DNA of 62,468 nucleotides from a virus (lineage: Duplodnaviria; Caudoviricetes): positions 1 to 62,468 of IMG/VR virus record IMGVR_UViG_3300006802_000003; one strand, given 5' to 3'. Positions 10,551 through 19,646 of this stretch are shown here, piece by piece. The notes below the pieces were generated by a model. The model worked only from the letters and a program-made list of their open reading frames with translations, was not told the DNA's origin and ran no database searches. Positions within the stretch are counted from its first letter, which is position 1; every line of letters starts with the position of its first letter. Both the position numbers and the translations under genes were made by a program.

Positions 10551-11546
10551 ATGGCCGTTGTCAATTGGACGACCAACAGTGAGGGTGGTTACACCTATGC
10601 GCCGGAGCTTTCAAAGGTCCTGCGCATGGCTGTCCGAGCCCTTACCAAGTTCCGCATGCTTTGCGATGCAAAAGACGCATCCGGCATGGGGCTGCGCAAG
10701 GGATCAACCTGGTACTGGAACGTTTACCAGCGTATGACCCCGCCGAGCTCGTACACGCTGTCCGAGTTCAACCCAATCCCGCAGGCAAACTTCACGATCC
10801 TGCAGAACAGCTTGACGATTCAGGAATACGGTCGTTCCGTGCCGTTCACCGAGCTCGTCACCAAGCTGGGCAAGCACGAAATCGTGGAAGTGATCGAGCA
10901 GGTCCTCAAGGACGATGCCGCTCACTGCTTTGATGCGGAGGCGTTTGATGCATTCAACACCACGCCGCTTCGCGTGGCGCCGACATCAGGCACCAGCACG
11001 ACTGCTGTCACGCTGACCACCAATAGCGCGACCGCAACCACCAACAACGTCGCGATGCGTAAGGATCACGTCAAGGCAATCGGTGATACGATGGCCGAGC
11101 GCAATATCCCGCCGTACCGTGGCGATGACTATGTGTCGATCTCGCACCCCACCACCTACCGGACCTTCAAGAACGATTTGGAGTCCATCAATCAGTATGT
11201 GGAGACTGGTTATGCGAAGATCATGCGCGGTGAAATCGGGCGTTTCGACAAGTTCCGCTTTGTTGAGCAGAACAACATCCCGAAGGGTGGCGCCAATGAC
11301 TCCACCACCTTCTCCGCGCAGTCGCGCACCGCAGATGCTTGGAACAACGGATTGTCGTCCTGGGCATTCTTCATGGGCCGCGACACCGTGAAAGAGGCCA
11401 TTGTCCACCCGCTTGAGCTTCGCGCCAAGATTCCGGGCGACTATGGTCGCGACCACGGTATGGCCTGGTACGCGCTGGAAGGTTTCGGGATCGTTCACCC
11501 CGACGCCGCGAACGCCCGCATAGTCAAGTGGGATTCGGCAGCCTAA
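10551..11546 (+). CDS. Major capsid protein (N4-gp56-like, HK97 fold)
   Basis: 331 aa; LTIQEYG, HP, GEIGR..RFVE and DYGR..GMAWY motifs; position after scaffold. Confidence 0.88.
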   Translation: MAVVNWTTNSEGGYTYAPELSKVLRMAVRALTKFRMLCDAKDASGMGLRKGSTWYWNVYQRMTPPSSYTLSEFNPIPQANFTILQNSLTIQEYGRSVPFTELVTKLGKHEIVEVIEQVLKDDAAHCFDAEAFDAFNTTPLRVAPTSGTSTTAVTLTTNSATATTNNVAMRKDHVKAIGDTMAERNIPPYRGDDYVSISHPTTYRTFKNDLESINQYVETGYAKIMRGEIGRFDKFRFVEQNNIPKGGANDSTTFSAQSRTADAWNNGLSSWAFFMGRDTVKEAIVHPLELRAKIPGDYGRDHGMAWYALEGFGIVHPDAANARIVKWDSAA

Positions 11547-11607
11547 CGCCACCACTGGCTGGGCTTCGGCCCGGCTTCACAGCAACGCTCAATGAAAGGT
11601 CATTCCA

Positions 11608-11991
11608 ATGAGCTACAGCAACCCGAACCGGATGTGCTATTCATTCGGTGCTATCGACTTCGGTGCTGGCGGCGACGTGACTTCGATTCAGGGGCCAGCC
11701 GGTAAGGCCGGTCGCCTGGTTGAAATCATGGTGGCAGCTACCGAAACCTTCACCGCAACCACGACGCAGGCAGACGTTCAGGTTGGCACTGGTGCCGATC
11801 CTGACGCCAATGCACTGTTCCAGCTCGGCACCCTTGCCGACACGAATTCGGTGAGCGCCTACGGTACGTCGAGCATTATCGATGCCGACATTGCGGCTGA
11901 TACCCAGGTGGAGGTTACCTTCACCGCACCGACCGGCGGTACGCCGGCTGGTATCGCTGACGTGACTATCGTTATCGATTGGGATTGGTAA
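11608..11991 (+). CDS. Capsid decoration/cement protein (putative)
   Basis: Small beta-rich A/T/G protein right after the capsid gene. Confidence 0.6.
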   Translation: MSYSNPNRMCYSFGAIDFGAGGDVTSIQGPAGKAGRLVEIMVAATETFTATTTQADVQVGTGADPDANALFQLGTLADTNSVSAYGTSSIIDADIAADTQVEVTFTAPTGGTPAGIADVTIVIDWDW

Positions 11992-12228
11992 TCCCCGACA
12001 TGGACCGAGAAGGTCGCTACCTGCAAATGGTAGAAGGCTCTGGCGGAGACGGTGACAACCCGATCCGCCAGGGTCGCCGGTCCAGTTCCCGCGAAGTCGC
12101 AGGCGCTGGTTACCGGACAGTGAGCTTGGCGGACGGAGCAGACGATTGCTGCATGACGGAGCTATCCGATCCGTTCTCCGACAAGGTGCTTTAAGCACTT
12201 CAACCCCCCGAAAATGAAAGGGAAAGCA

Positions 12229-12426
12229 ATGGCGTACAATCACGGTACGAAGTCCATGAAGGCCAAGTTGGGTAATTCCATCGAGACGCCTTATGGCATG
12301 GATCGCTCGGACCTTACCGGCCCGGCGAACATGGAGCGCGGCGCGGAACAGAAGTTCGGCGGCGGCGGTGCAGACCTTGGCGCATCCATCAAGGGTGCAA
12401 CGGCCAAGCAGGGAAACTCTAACTAA
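12229..12426 (+). CDS. Small hypothetical protein
   Basis: AAGGGA SD; 65 aa. Confidence 0.55.
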   Translation: MAYNHGTKSMKAKLGNSIETPYGMDRSDLTGPANMERGAEQKFGGGGADLGASIKGATAKQGNSN

Positions 12427-12428
12427 CC

Positions 12429-12851
12429 ATGACTAAGAAACCCGCGATCAACCTAGCCGATCCAAACAACATTGGATTGGTTTCGCCCATGTATAAGGGA
12501 GCCACGCGCTCACAGTATGGGCATTATTACGGCCCCACCGGAAACTACCTTTTCAGCGTCCAGGAGGAAGTTGATTTGGCGATCCGGCTGGGTCACAACA
12601 AGCGAGCCGTACCCGAGTCTATCGTCGCAGACGACACGGTGGCCGAGGAGACAGTTCGCGGGGATGCAGAAGCAGAAGTTGATGACGAGGCAGAAGCCGA
12701 TGACATCGATCTTGTTGCTTGGGCAAAGGGTGAGGAGACTTACCCGTTTTTCAAAGTCAGATCAGCGGTGAACAAGCAGTTTGGCGTTACCGTCCAAAAT
12801 GCTGCCCAGGCGCGGGAAACCGTGCTTGAGCCGCCGAAACACGACATTTGA
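12429..12851 (+). CDS. Hypothetical protein
   Basis: Operon-contiguous ORF. Confidence 0.65.
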   Translation: MTKKPAINLADPNNIGLVSPMYKGATRSQYGHYYGPTGNYLFSVQEEVDLAIRLGHNKRAVPESIVADDTVAEETVRGDAEAEVDDEAEADDIDLVAWAKGEETYPFFKVRSAVNKQFGVTVQNAAQARETVLEPPKHDI

Positions 12852-12866
12852 TAGGGAATCCCTAAC

Positions 12867-13511
12867 ATGAGTTACACCACGTTGACCGGCCTCAAGACAG
12901 TTGAGGGCTCGATAAAGAATTGGGCTAACAACACAACGATTCCGGCCAGCGTGGTGCTTGCCGAGGCCGAACAGTTAATGTTCACGAAACTACGCTGCCG
13001 CGAACAACAGGTGCTCTATACCGGCACCGTTGCCTCTGGTGTGTCGGCACTCACCCTTGCAACGGTTGCTCCGCGGTTCCTGGAGGCAATCTCTTTCCGG
13101 CGGGCAGGTGATGCCGCCGGCAAGATATATATCCGCGACAAGCAGTATTTCGAGGAGCGCCTGGCCACGGACACCGACGGCACACTGTTTACCGGCGTCC
13201 CGACCGAATGCACCATCGATGCAACGCAGATCAGGTTCAACATCGAGACAGACGACACTTACTATCTGCGACTTTGGTACTACGAGCGACCGGAGCCGCT
13301 TTCAGGCTCAAACGAGACGAATTTCATCACCGACAATCATCCTCGCCTGTTGCGCCACGCTTGCCTGGCTTCTGCCTACGACTTTCTCAAGGATACGGGC
13401 AACCGCGACTTCCACGAACAGATGATGGAACGCCTTATCTTTGAGGCAAACGCACAGACCGACATACAGCAGCAAGCCTTTGACGAGGACTTGTATTGGG
13501 ATGGGAGATAG
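12867..13511 (+). CDS. Head-tail adaptor (tail tubular protein A-like)
   Basis: AEAE..KLRCRE and LSGSNETNFITDNHPRLL..ACL motifs. Confidence 0.75.
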   Translation: MSYTTLTGLKTVEGSIKNWANNTTIPASVVLAEAEQLMFTKLRCREQQVLYTGTVASGVSALTLATVAPRFLEAISFRRAGDAAGKIYIRDKQYFEERLATDTDGTLFTGVPTECTIDATQIRFNIETDDTYYLRLWYYERPEPLSGSNETNFITDNHPRLLRHACLASAYDFLKDTGNRDFHEQMMERLIFEANAQTDIQQQAFDEDLYWDGR

Positions 13512-13514
13512 CAA

Positions 13515-14492
13515 ATGGTTTCAACAGCGCGCTTCGGCCTTGAGAAACAGGTCACAGGGACAAACAATAATACCTGGGGATCAGAGCTAAACACCGTGCT
13601 CGATAATATCGATTCGGCGTTGGGCGACATTCTCGCAAAGTCCTTCTCGTCTAGCGATGTCACGTTGAGCGCGGCTGAAAACCGCTCTCCAATCGTTGTC
13701 TGCAGCGGAACGCTGACAGCAAACGTCAACCTGATCGTTGCCAACGAGCGCCCATTGTTGGTCTACAACAACACATCTGGAGCCTTTACTCTCACGGTCA
13801 AGACCGCAGCAGGGACCGGCATTGCCGTAACGCAGGGAACCTGGCGCAAGGTGTACTGTGACGCGACGAACGTAAACGACATCGGCCCGGTCGGCGGTGC
13901 GCTTGGAGGGCTCGACAGCGTTGGGGCCGGTGAAATTGACACGGATGCCGTGACGACCGCCAAGATTGCCGCCAACAACGTAACGCTTGCCAAGATGGCG
14001 CAAATGGCTGCGAACGGCTTTATTGGCAACGACAACGGCGCCACGCAAGACCCACAACACTTGACCGTTGCCGAGGCGACCGCCTTGCTCAATGCGATGG
14101 TGGCTGACGGCGGTTCTGGCGGCACCAAGGGGCTCGTTCCGGCTCCAGCGGCTGGTGATTCAGTCAAGGCGTTGCTGGGCGATGCAGACTTCCATCTGGC
14201 CGAGGACATCGATGCGACCAAGAGCATTGGCACGAACGGTTACGTTTGGCTTCCTGGCGGCGTCTTGTTGCAATGGGGATACAAAACAATTTCCGCTAGC
14301 TCGACAACCGTGACGTATCCAATTGCATTCCCCACCGCCTGCTTAAACGTCCAAATCACAGACAGATATGACGGCGATACTGGCGGCGTGGCCGACAATG
14401 CCTCGGTCAGGGCGGCTCCCGGAACAACCAGTGTATCGGTTAGTTCGAACGCTGGCCTAGATGGTTTCTACTGGGTGGCAATAGGGTATTGA
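13515..14492 (+). CDS. Tail fibre protein with gp53-like C-terminal domain
   Basis: N-terminal NTWG..LN anchor; C-terminal GYVWLPGGVLLQWG..YPIAFP..YWVAIGY. Confidence 0.78.
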   Translation: MVSTARFGLEKQVTGTNNNTWGSELNTVLDNIDSALGDILAKSFSSSDVTLSAAENRSPIVVCSGTLTANVNLIVANERPLLVYNNTSGAFTLTVKTAAGTGIAVTQGTWRKVYCDATNVNDIGPVGGALGGLDSVGAGEIDTDAVTTAKIAANNVTLAKMAQMAANGFIGNDNGATQDPQHLTVAEATALLNAMVADGGSGGTKGLVPAPAAGDSVKALLGDADFHLAEDIDATKSIGTNGYVWLPGGVLLQWGYKTISASSTTVTYPIAFPTACLNVQITDRYDGDTGGVADNASVRAAPGTTSVSVSSNAGLDGFYWVAIGY

Positions 14493-14496
14493 GCCA

Positions 14497-16281
14497 ATGG
14501 CACCGCGCAAAGTTCCCATTCAAGTTCAGCCTGGTGTGATACGGGTCCAGTCTGACTATGCAGCCCCAGGTCGATACATCGACATGGACAAAATTCGCTT
14601 CAACGAAGGCTATCCGGAGAAGATTGGCGGCTGGACCGCGACTGGCTGGGATACTGTGACCGGCAGAGTTCGCTCGTCTATCGCTTGGCAGAACATTTCC
14701 GGCAACAGGTACATTGCAACAGGTTCATCGCAAAAGATCGAAGTCATCGATGATGATGGCGGCCTAACAAACATCACGCCCGTTCGGTCTAGCGGCACGC
14801 TCGGAACAGATCCATTCACCACGACGATTAGCAGCGCCGAGGTTACAGTAGCCCACACATCGCATGGGGCTGAACAAGGCGACTTCGTGACCTTTGGCGG
14901 AGCCAGCGCAGTCGGCGGCATCACCATTGACGGTGAGTATTCGATCACGCGCATCACCGACGCGAATAGCTATGTCATCACCCATTCGAGCGCAGCGACA
15001 TCGAGCGCGACGGGTGGCGGCGCGTCCGTCACATTTAGCTATGACATCAGCGTTGGCGAGGTAAATACGGTTTTCGGCGGCGGCTATGGTGTAGGCACCT
15101 ACGGCACTGGCACATGGGGTACGGAACGCACTGGAGGGTCGTATCTAATCCTTGCCTCACATTGGTCGTTAGACACCTACGGCGAAGATTTGGTCGCCAT
15201 GCGAAACAACAATGGAACCCTGTATCAGTGGGACTCTTCGGTTGGCGGACGCATGACGGCAATCGCCAACGCGCCGGTGGGCAATTATGCCTTTGTCACA
15301 TCAGAGCGCATCATTGTCGTGTTGGGCGCGGGCGGGAACCCGATGGCCATTCAAGGCTGTGACGATGAAGATAACACGGTTTGGTCAGCGAGCGTCACAA
15401 ACAAGGCTTTTGGGCGCACCTTGCAGACTGGATCGCGGCTGGTGGCGGCTTCTCAATTGGGCCAGGGCTTGAATTTGATCTGGTCCGATTCATGTTGTTA
15501 CATCCTGCAGTTCGCAAACAACAACGTCACCGTCTACGCGTCGCGCCTCATAGGCTATGGCGAGGACCTTGGTTTGATCGGCCAGGAGGCATTTGTTGTG
15601 GTCAGCGGCGTAGCCTATTGGATGAGTTCTTCTGACTTCAAGGCGTATGCCGGCGCCCCTGGGCGCATGCCAAACGTCGATGACATTCGCGATTATGTTT
15701 TTGACGACATCAACCTTGTGCAAGCTCAAAAGGTCAAGTGCCGCTACGATCCCATTAACCACGAAGTCTGGTGGCACTATCCGTCCGCCGATAGCAACGA
15801 AAACGATCGATATGTGATGTTTTCGATCAACGAGGCTCACTGGACGACCGGCACTATGGATCGATGCGCATTCGTCAATCAGCACGACCAGGCCTCGTCC
15901 ATCTATGGCTTCGATATAGATGGCACGAGCTATGCGCACGAAATGGGAGTTGACGATAATGGATCGGCACTGCCCTGGTATTTAGAGACAGGATATTCAG
16001 ACATCGAGGACGGCAATCAGCTGATGGATGTGTTTGCCTTTATCCCCGACTTCAAGCGTCACGCGGAGGACATCACCCTAACGCTTACCGCGATCGACTA
16101 TCCGCAAGACGGATCAACAATGGACAGCGTGACCACCACACTTTCCGAAGCCGAGGGAATCGATGATTTTCGCCTCAATGGCCGGGCCATCAAGTACCGC
16201 ATGGCTGGCAGCGCGGTTGGCAGCGACTTCCGGCTTGGCCGTATCCGCGCCGAAATACAAGAGGCTGGAGGCCGCAGGTAA
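14497..16281 (+). CDS. Tail nozzle / DNA-stabilisation protein
   Basis: RF..GYPEKIGGW, YWM and EVWWHYPS..ENDRYV motifs of podoviral nozzles, with an inserted beta domain. Confidence 0.75.
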   Translation: MAPRKVPIQVQPGVIRVQSDYAAPGRYIDMDKIRFNEGYPEKIGGWTATGWDTVTGRVRSSIAWQNISGNRYIATGSSQKIEVIDDDGGLTNITPVRSSGTLGTDPFTTTISSAEVTVAHTSHGAEQGDFVTFGGASAVGGITIDGEYSITRITDANSYVITHSSAATSSATGGGASVTFSYDISVGEVNTVFGGGYGVGTYGTGTWGTERTGGSYLILASHWSLDTYGEDLVAMRNNNGTLYQWDSSVGGRMTAIANAPVGNYAFVTSERIIVVLGAGGNPMAIQGCDDEDNTVWSASVTNKAFGRTLQTGSRLVAASQLGQGLNLIWSDSCCYILQFANNNVTVYASRLIGYGEDLGLIGQEAFVVVSGVAYWMSSSDFKAYAGAPGRMPNVDDIRDYVFDDINLVQAQKVKCRYDPINHEVWWHYPSADSNENDRYVMFSINEAHWTTGTMDRCAFVNQHDQASSIYGFDIDGTSYAHEMGVDDNGSALPWYLETGYSDIEDGNQLMDVFAFIPDFKRHAEDITLTLTAIDYPQDGSTMDSVTTTLSEAEGIDDFRLNGRAIKYRMAGSAVGSDFRLGRIRAEIQEAGGRR

Positions 16282-17186
16282 TGGCGATCGAGCGCCCATA
16301 TGTCCTGACGCCTCGCGCGGTAGGCCAATCGTTTGAAGAATGGGTGGAGCAGGCGCTCTATGAATTGCACCGCACTTCGCAAGAAGAAGGCGCGTTGGCG
16401 CCGGTCAGCATCGATCTGGATAATCTGGCTGACGGCGATTACCTGAATTTCGACGCGACCAACCAGGTTTGGACGAACGGAAACGCGATCCCGGCGAACC
16501 TTGAGCCCAGCGACGGCGATAAGGGCGACATTACCGTAGCGAGCGGCACCTGGACGATTGATAGTGGCGTTGTCACTTATGCCAAGATACAGGATGTCAC
16601 CGCCGACCGGCTTCTAGGACGCACTGGAACCGGCGGATCAATCGAGGAATTAACGCTTGGCGCCGGGCTGGCATTTAGCGGCGATTCGCTGATCGTCACT
16701 CAAACCGGCTCCAAGATCATCAAGAATTGGGGGCCACATGAGGCCAGCTTCCCGGCCAGCAACTACGCCACGCTGGACACGCGGAATACTCACCCCATCC
16801 TCGACTTCGATACGACCACCCAGGAGACGGTCTACTTTCACGGCGTCATGCCAGATAACTACGCCAATGAAGGAATCACTGTTGAAGTCTGGTGGACGGT
16901 AACAACGGTGACATCTGGCACAGTTGGCTGGGACGTGAGCCTGGAGCTTATGGACGGGCTAGACGTGGATTCTGACAGCTTTGCCACGGCGCAAACCATC
17001 ACCGCGACCACCGTTTCAGGAACCAATGGGACGCTGCAAAGCTCCACGGTAAATATTTCCGATGGGGCAAACATGGATAGCATCGATGCCGGCGATATGT
17101 TTCGCATCCGCATCCGTCGCGATGTAGCCAGCGACACGGCAGCCGATGATGCCGAGTTGCACATGGTCGAAATGAGGATTCAGTGA
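16281..17186 (+). CDS. Tail needle/spike-like protein
   Basis: Overlaps nozzle stop; DGDKGDITV fibre motif; jelly-roll-like C-terminus. Confidence 0.6.
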   Translation: MAIERPYVLTPRAVGQSFEEWVEQALYELHRTSQEEGALAPVSIDLDNLADGDYLNFDATNQVWTNGNAIPANLEPSDGDKGDITVASGTWTIDSGVVTYAKIQDVTADRLLGRTGTGGSIEELTLGAGLAFSGDSLIVTQTGSKIIKNWGPHEASFPASNYATLDTRNTHPILDFDTTTQETVYFHGVMPDNYANEGITVEVWWTVTTVTSGTVGWDVSLELMDGLDVDSDSFATAQTITATTVSGTNGTLQSSTVNISDGANMDSIDAGDMFRIRIRRDVASDTAADDAELHMVEMRIQ

Positions 17187-17851
17187 TGGCTAGGGGAAAC
17201 CACACCGATGATGTGGGCTACTTTGAAGTAGCTGTCTCGCTGGATTTTCCTTTTACTCTTGCGGGATGGGTGAGAAGGAGCGACGTTTCAGTTGCTACGT
17301 TTACGACCTTGATAAACAAGGCGAATGCTTCCGCGCGAGGTTTTTATATTCGCCACAACACTTCTGGCGGAGGTGACTTTGTAACTCTCAATGTTGGCGG
17401 CTCGCCTGGGTCTGTGACTGTTACTCCCACTGGGACGGCGAGCTCTTTAGGGTGGAACCATGTAGGGGCTGTCGTCACTGCGACAAATGCCCGTTCTGTG
17501 TGGCTAAATGGGCAAGGCAAGGTCAGCGACACAACCAGTATTTCGACCGATCCAACTACGATGACTTTTCTCCAGCCAGGATCGTTTGTCTACAATGGCG
17601 GCGCTACTATCAGCTACGGCGATGGCTGGGTCGCAGAGACTGGATTGTGGGATGTTGCTTTGAGCGATGGCGAAATGGAGGCTCTAGGCAAGGGCTTCCC
17701 ATGCCATCTTATCCGCCCCGACAATTTGCTTGTGCATTTACCTATGGTGCGTGGGGCCACCGACTTAATCAATGGTGTTGAAGCCACCACTACGGGCAAC
17801 GCTGTAGGGACATACGATCACCCGCCAGTTATGGCGGCAATCCCTGTTTAG
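17183..17851 (+). CDS. LamG/ConA-like domain virion protein
   Basis: FTLAGWVR, WNHVGAV, WLNG and GLWDVALSDGE motifs. Confidence 0.75.
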   Translation: MMARGNHTDDVGYFEVAVSLDFPFTLAGWVRRSDVSVATFTTLINKANASARGFYIRHNTSGGGDFVTLNVGGSPGSVTVTPTGTASSLGWNHVGAVVTATNARSVWLNGQGKVSDTTSISTDPTTMTFLQPGSFVYNGGATISYGDGWVAETGLWDVALSDGEMEALGKGFPCHLIRPDNLLVHLPMVRGATDLINGVEATTTGNAVGTYDHPPVMAAIPV

Positions 17852-17865
17852 GAAAGGAATAGGTC

Positions 17866-18651
17866 ATGGGTATTTTCGATTGGCTATTTGGCTCGAACCA
17901 AGAAAAAACCGGGAGTACCAAGGTCGAGATTCCAAAGTGGATCGAGGACGCCGGCAAGTCCAATTACCAGTTTGCCCAATCCATCGCCAACAAGCCCTAC
18001 GAGGCCTACGGCGGGCCGGGCGTGGCCGACTTTAGCGGCCTTTCCAACAAGGCGTTTGACCTGATGGGCGGCATGTCCTTGCCCGCGCTTCTAGCGGGCG
18101 GCGGCGGTTTTGATATGTCTCGCCTGGGCGAGTTTATGAACCCGTTTACGCAATCGGTGATCGATAGCTCCATCAGCGACATGATTAAGGGCTCGCAGAT
18201 CGCGGGCGAAAACATGGACAACGCCTTTCACCAGGGCGGTGCGTTCGGTGACATGCGGCAAGGCGCGTTCGACGCCGAAAACTTGTCGAATCTGCGCCAG
18301 GACATCGGCAGGATGTCGAGTGGCCTCAACATGCAGAATTTCAATCAGGCGATGGACAGCCTGTTCAAGCTGCCGCAGTTCGAGAACCAGCAGCAACAGA
18401 ACGCCTTCTCGTTCCTTGATGCGCTACTCGGCGGAGGCGGCCTGCAAGAGAACAAGGCGCAGCAGGGCATCAATTGGGACTATGGCCAGTGGCAGGAAAA
18501 GCAGGGTGATGACATCAACAAGCTCAATATCCTTTCGTCGGCTCTGTCTGCAACGCCTTACTCCAAGGAGCAAACCACTTATGAGGCTGCACCATCTACG
18601 GGCGCCAAGGTTCTTGGCACCGGCCTGAATATCGCATCAATGTTCATCTAG
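17866..18651 (+). CDS. DNA ejection (pilot) protein
   Basis: G/Q/N-rich; FMNPF and GAFG motifs; hydrophobic Gly-rich C-terminus. Confidence 0.65.
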   Translation: MGIFDWLFGSNQEKTGSTKVEIPKWIEDAGKSNYQFAQSIANKPYEAYGGPGVADFSGLSNKAFDLMGGMSLPALLAGGGGFDMSRLGEFMNPFTQSVIDSSISDMIKGSQIAGENMDNAFHQGGAFGDMRQGAFDAENLSNLRQDIGRMSSGLNMQNFNQAMDSLFKLPQFENQQQQNAFSFLDALLGGGGLQENKAQQGINWDYGQWQEKQGDDINKLNILSSALSATPYSKEQTTYEAAPSTGAKVLGTGLNIASMFI

Positions 18652-18661
18652 GGAGGCATCC

Positions 18662-19633
18662 ATGTACGACCAAATCCAGGCAATGTTTAGCCGACCAGAG
18701 GTTCAAAAACTTTTGCAGCAGCGCGTCATGGAGACGCTGCAGGGACCGGCGGCGCCTGATCCTATGGCAGAAGGCATGCGGGCCGCAGGGAGCGCGCTTA
18801 TCAACACGCCGGGCAATTTTCTGTCTGGCATTGCCGCGGCTTCTGGAGCTGGTGCCAGCGCGGCTGACAAGGCTGCCAGAACGCCACCGCCCGGCGGCAA
18901 GGACGCCATTGCAATAATCAACAGCCTCATCAATGCGGGCAAGGCAACGGACCTGGACAGGTACAGGATGAACAACTTGGATCGTATGGCCGAACGCGAC
19001 CGCGCTCGTGGCGCATACGAGTCAGGAAACCTCGCGCTGCGCGAAACGCTTATGTTACTTAGAGACGCGCTTGGCAACCGCAACGCGGCCAACGCAGAGG
19101 CGCGCACCGGCATCGCCCAGCAACAAGCAGACACCACCGCGAGCAATGTTCAAAGCCAGATCGCGACACGCCAAGGGCAGCTAGAGCAGGGCGACCGCCG
19201 TCTTGACCAGGGCGACCGCAGATTGAGCGCGACGGTTGAGCATTGGAATCAGCAATATGATCTAGGCGTGAAAAGGCTGGAGAACGAGCTCAAGAGAGCG
19301 AACCAGTCGAAGGCCGATCCGGACACGGTTTACAATACGAGTTGGCGCATCATTCAGGACATGGAAAAGTCCCTGCCCGATCCGGAGTTGGTTTCGGAAG
19401 AAGTTTACAACGCTGCGGCCAACAAGCTGGAGGCGCTTAAACAGCAGTTCATTTCCGGGATGTCTCCAGACCAGCAGAGGCGGTTTGGCGTAAGTGAGGC
19501 TAAAAATGCTGGCACAGCCGGCACAGTTAGCGGTTCTGGAACCGGCGGCCCGCCGAAAGGCTACGTCGATCCGAAAACAGGCCTTCGCTTCCTGGGCGGA
19601 GACTGGAGAGACAAGAACAATTGGGTGAAGTGA
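18662..19633 (+). CDS. DNA ejection protein
   Basis: A/Q-rich coiled coil; C-terminal RFLGGDWRDKNNW. Confidence 0.6.
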   Translation: MYDQIQAMFSRPEVQKLLQQRVMETLQGPAAPDPMAEGMRAAGSALINTPGNFLSGIAAASGAGASAADKAARTPPPGGKDAIAIINSLINAGKATDLDRYRMNNLDRMAERDRARGAYESGNLALRETLMLLRDALGNRNAANAEARTGIAQQQADTTASNVQSQIATRQGQLEQGDRRLDQGDRRLSATVEHWNQQYDLGVKRLENELKRANQSKADPDTVYNTSWRIIQDMEKSLPDPELVSEEVYNAAANKLEALKQQFISGMSPDQQRRFGVSEAKNAGTAGTVSGSGTGGPPKGYVDPKTGLRFLGGDWRDKNNWVK

Positions 19634-19646
19634 AGGATTAAATCAC

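Noticed and set aside
11558-11577. UUCG hairpin after the capsid gene as a terminator
   Set aside because: There is no U-tract; it is more likely a stabilising or processing hairpin.
11979-12194. 71-aa ORF after the decoration gene
   Set aside because: It lacks a clear SD or motif; it may be real but I cannot support it.
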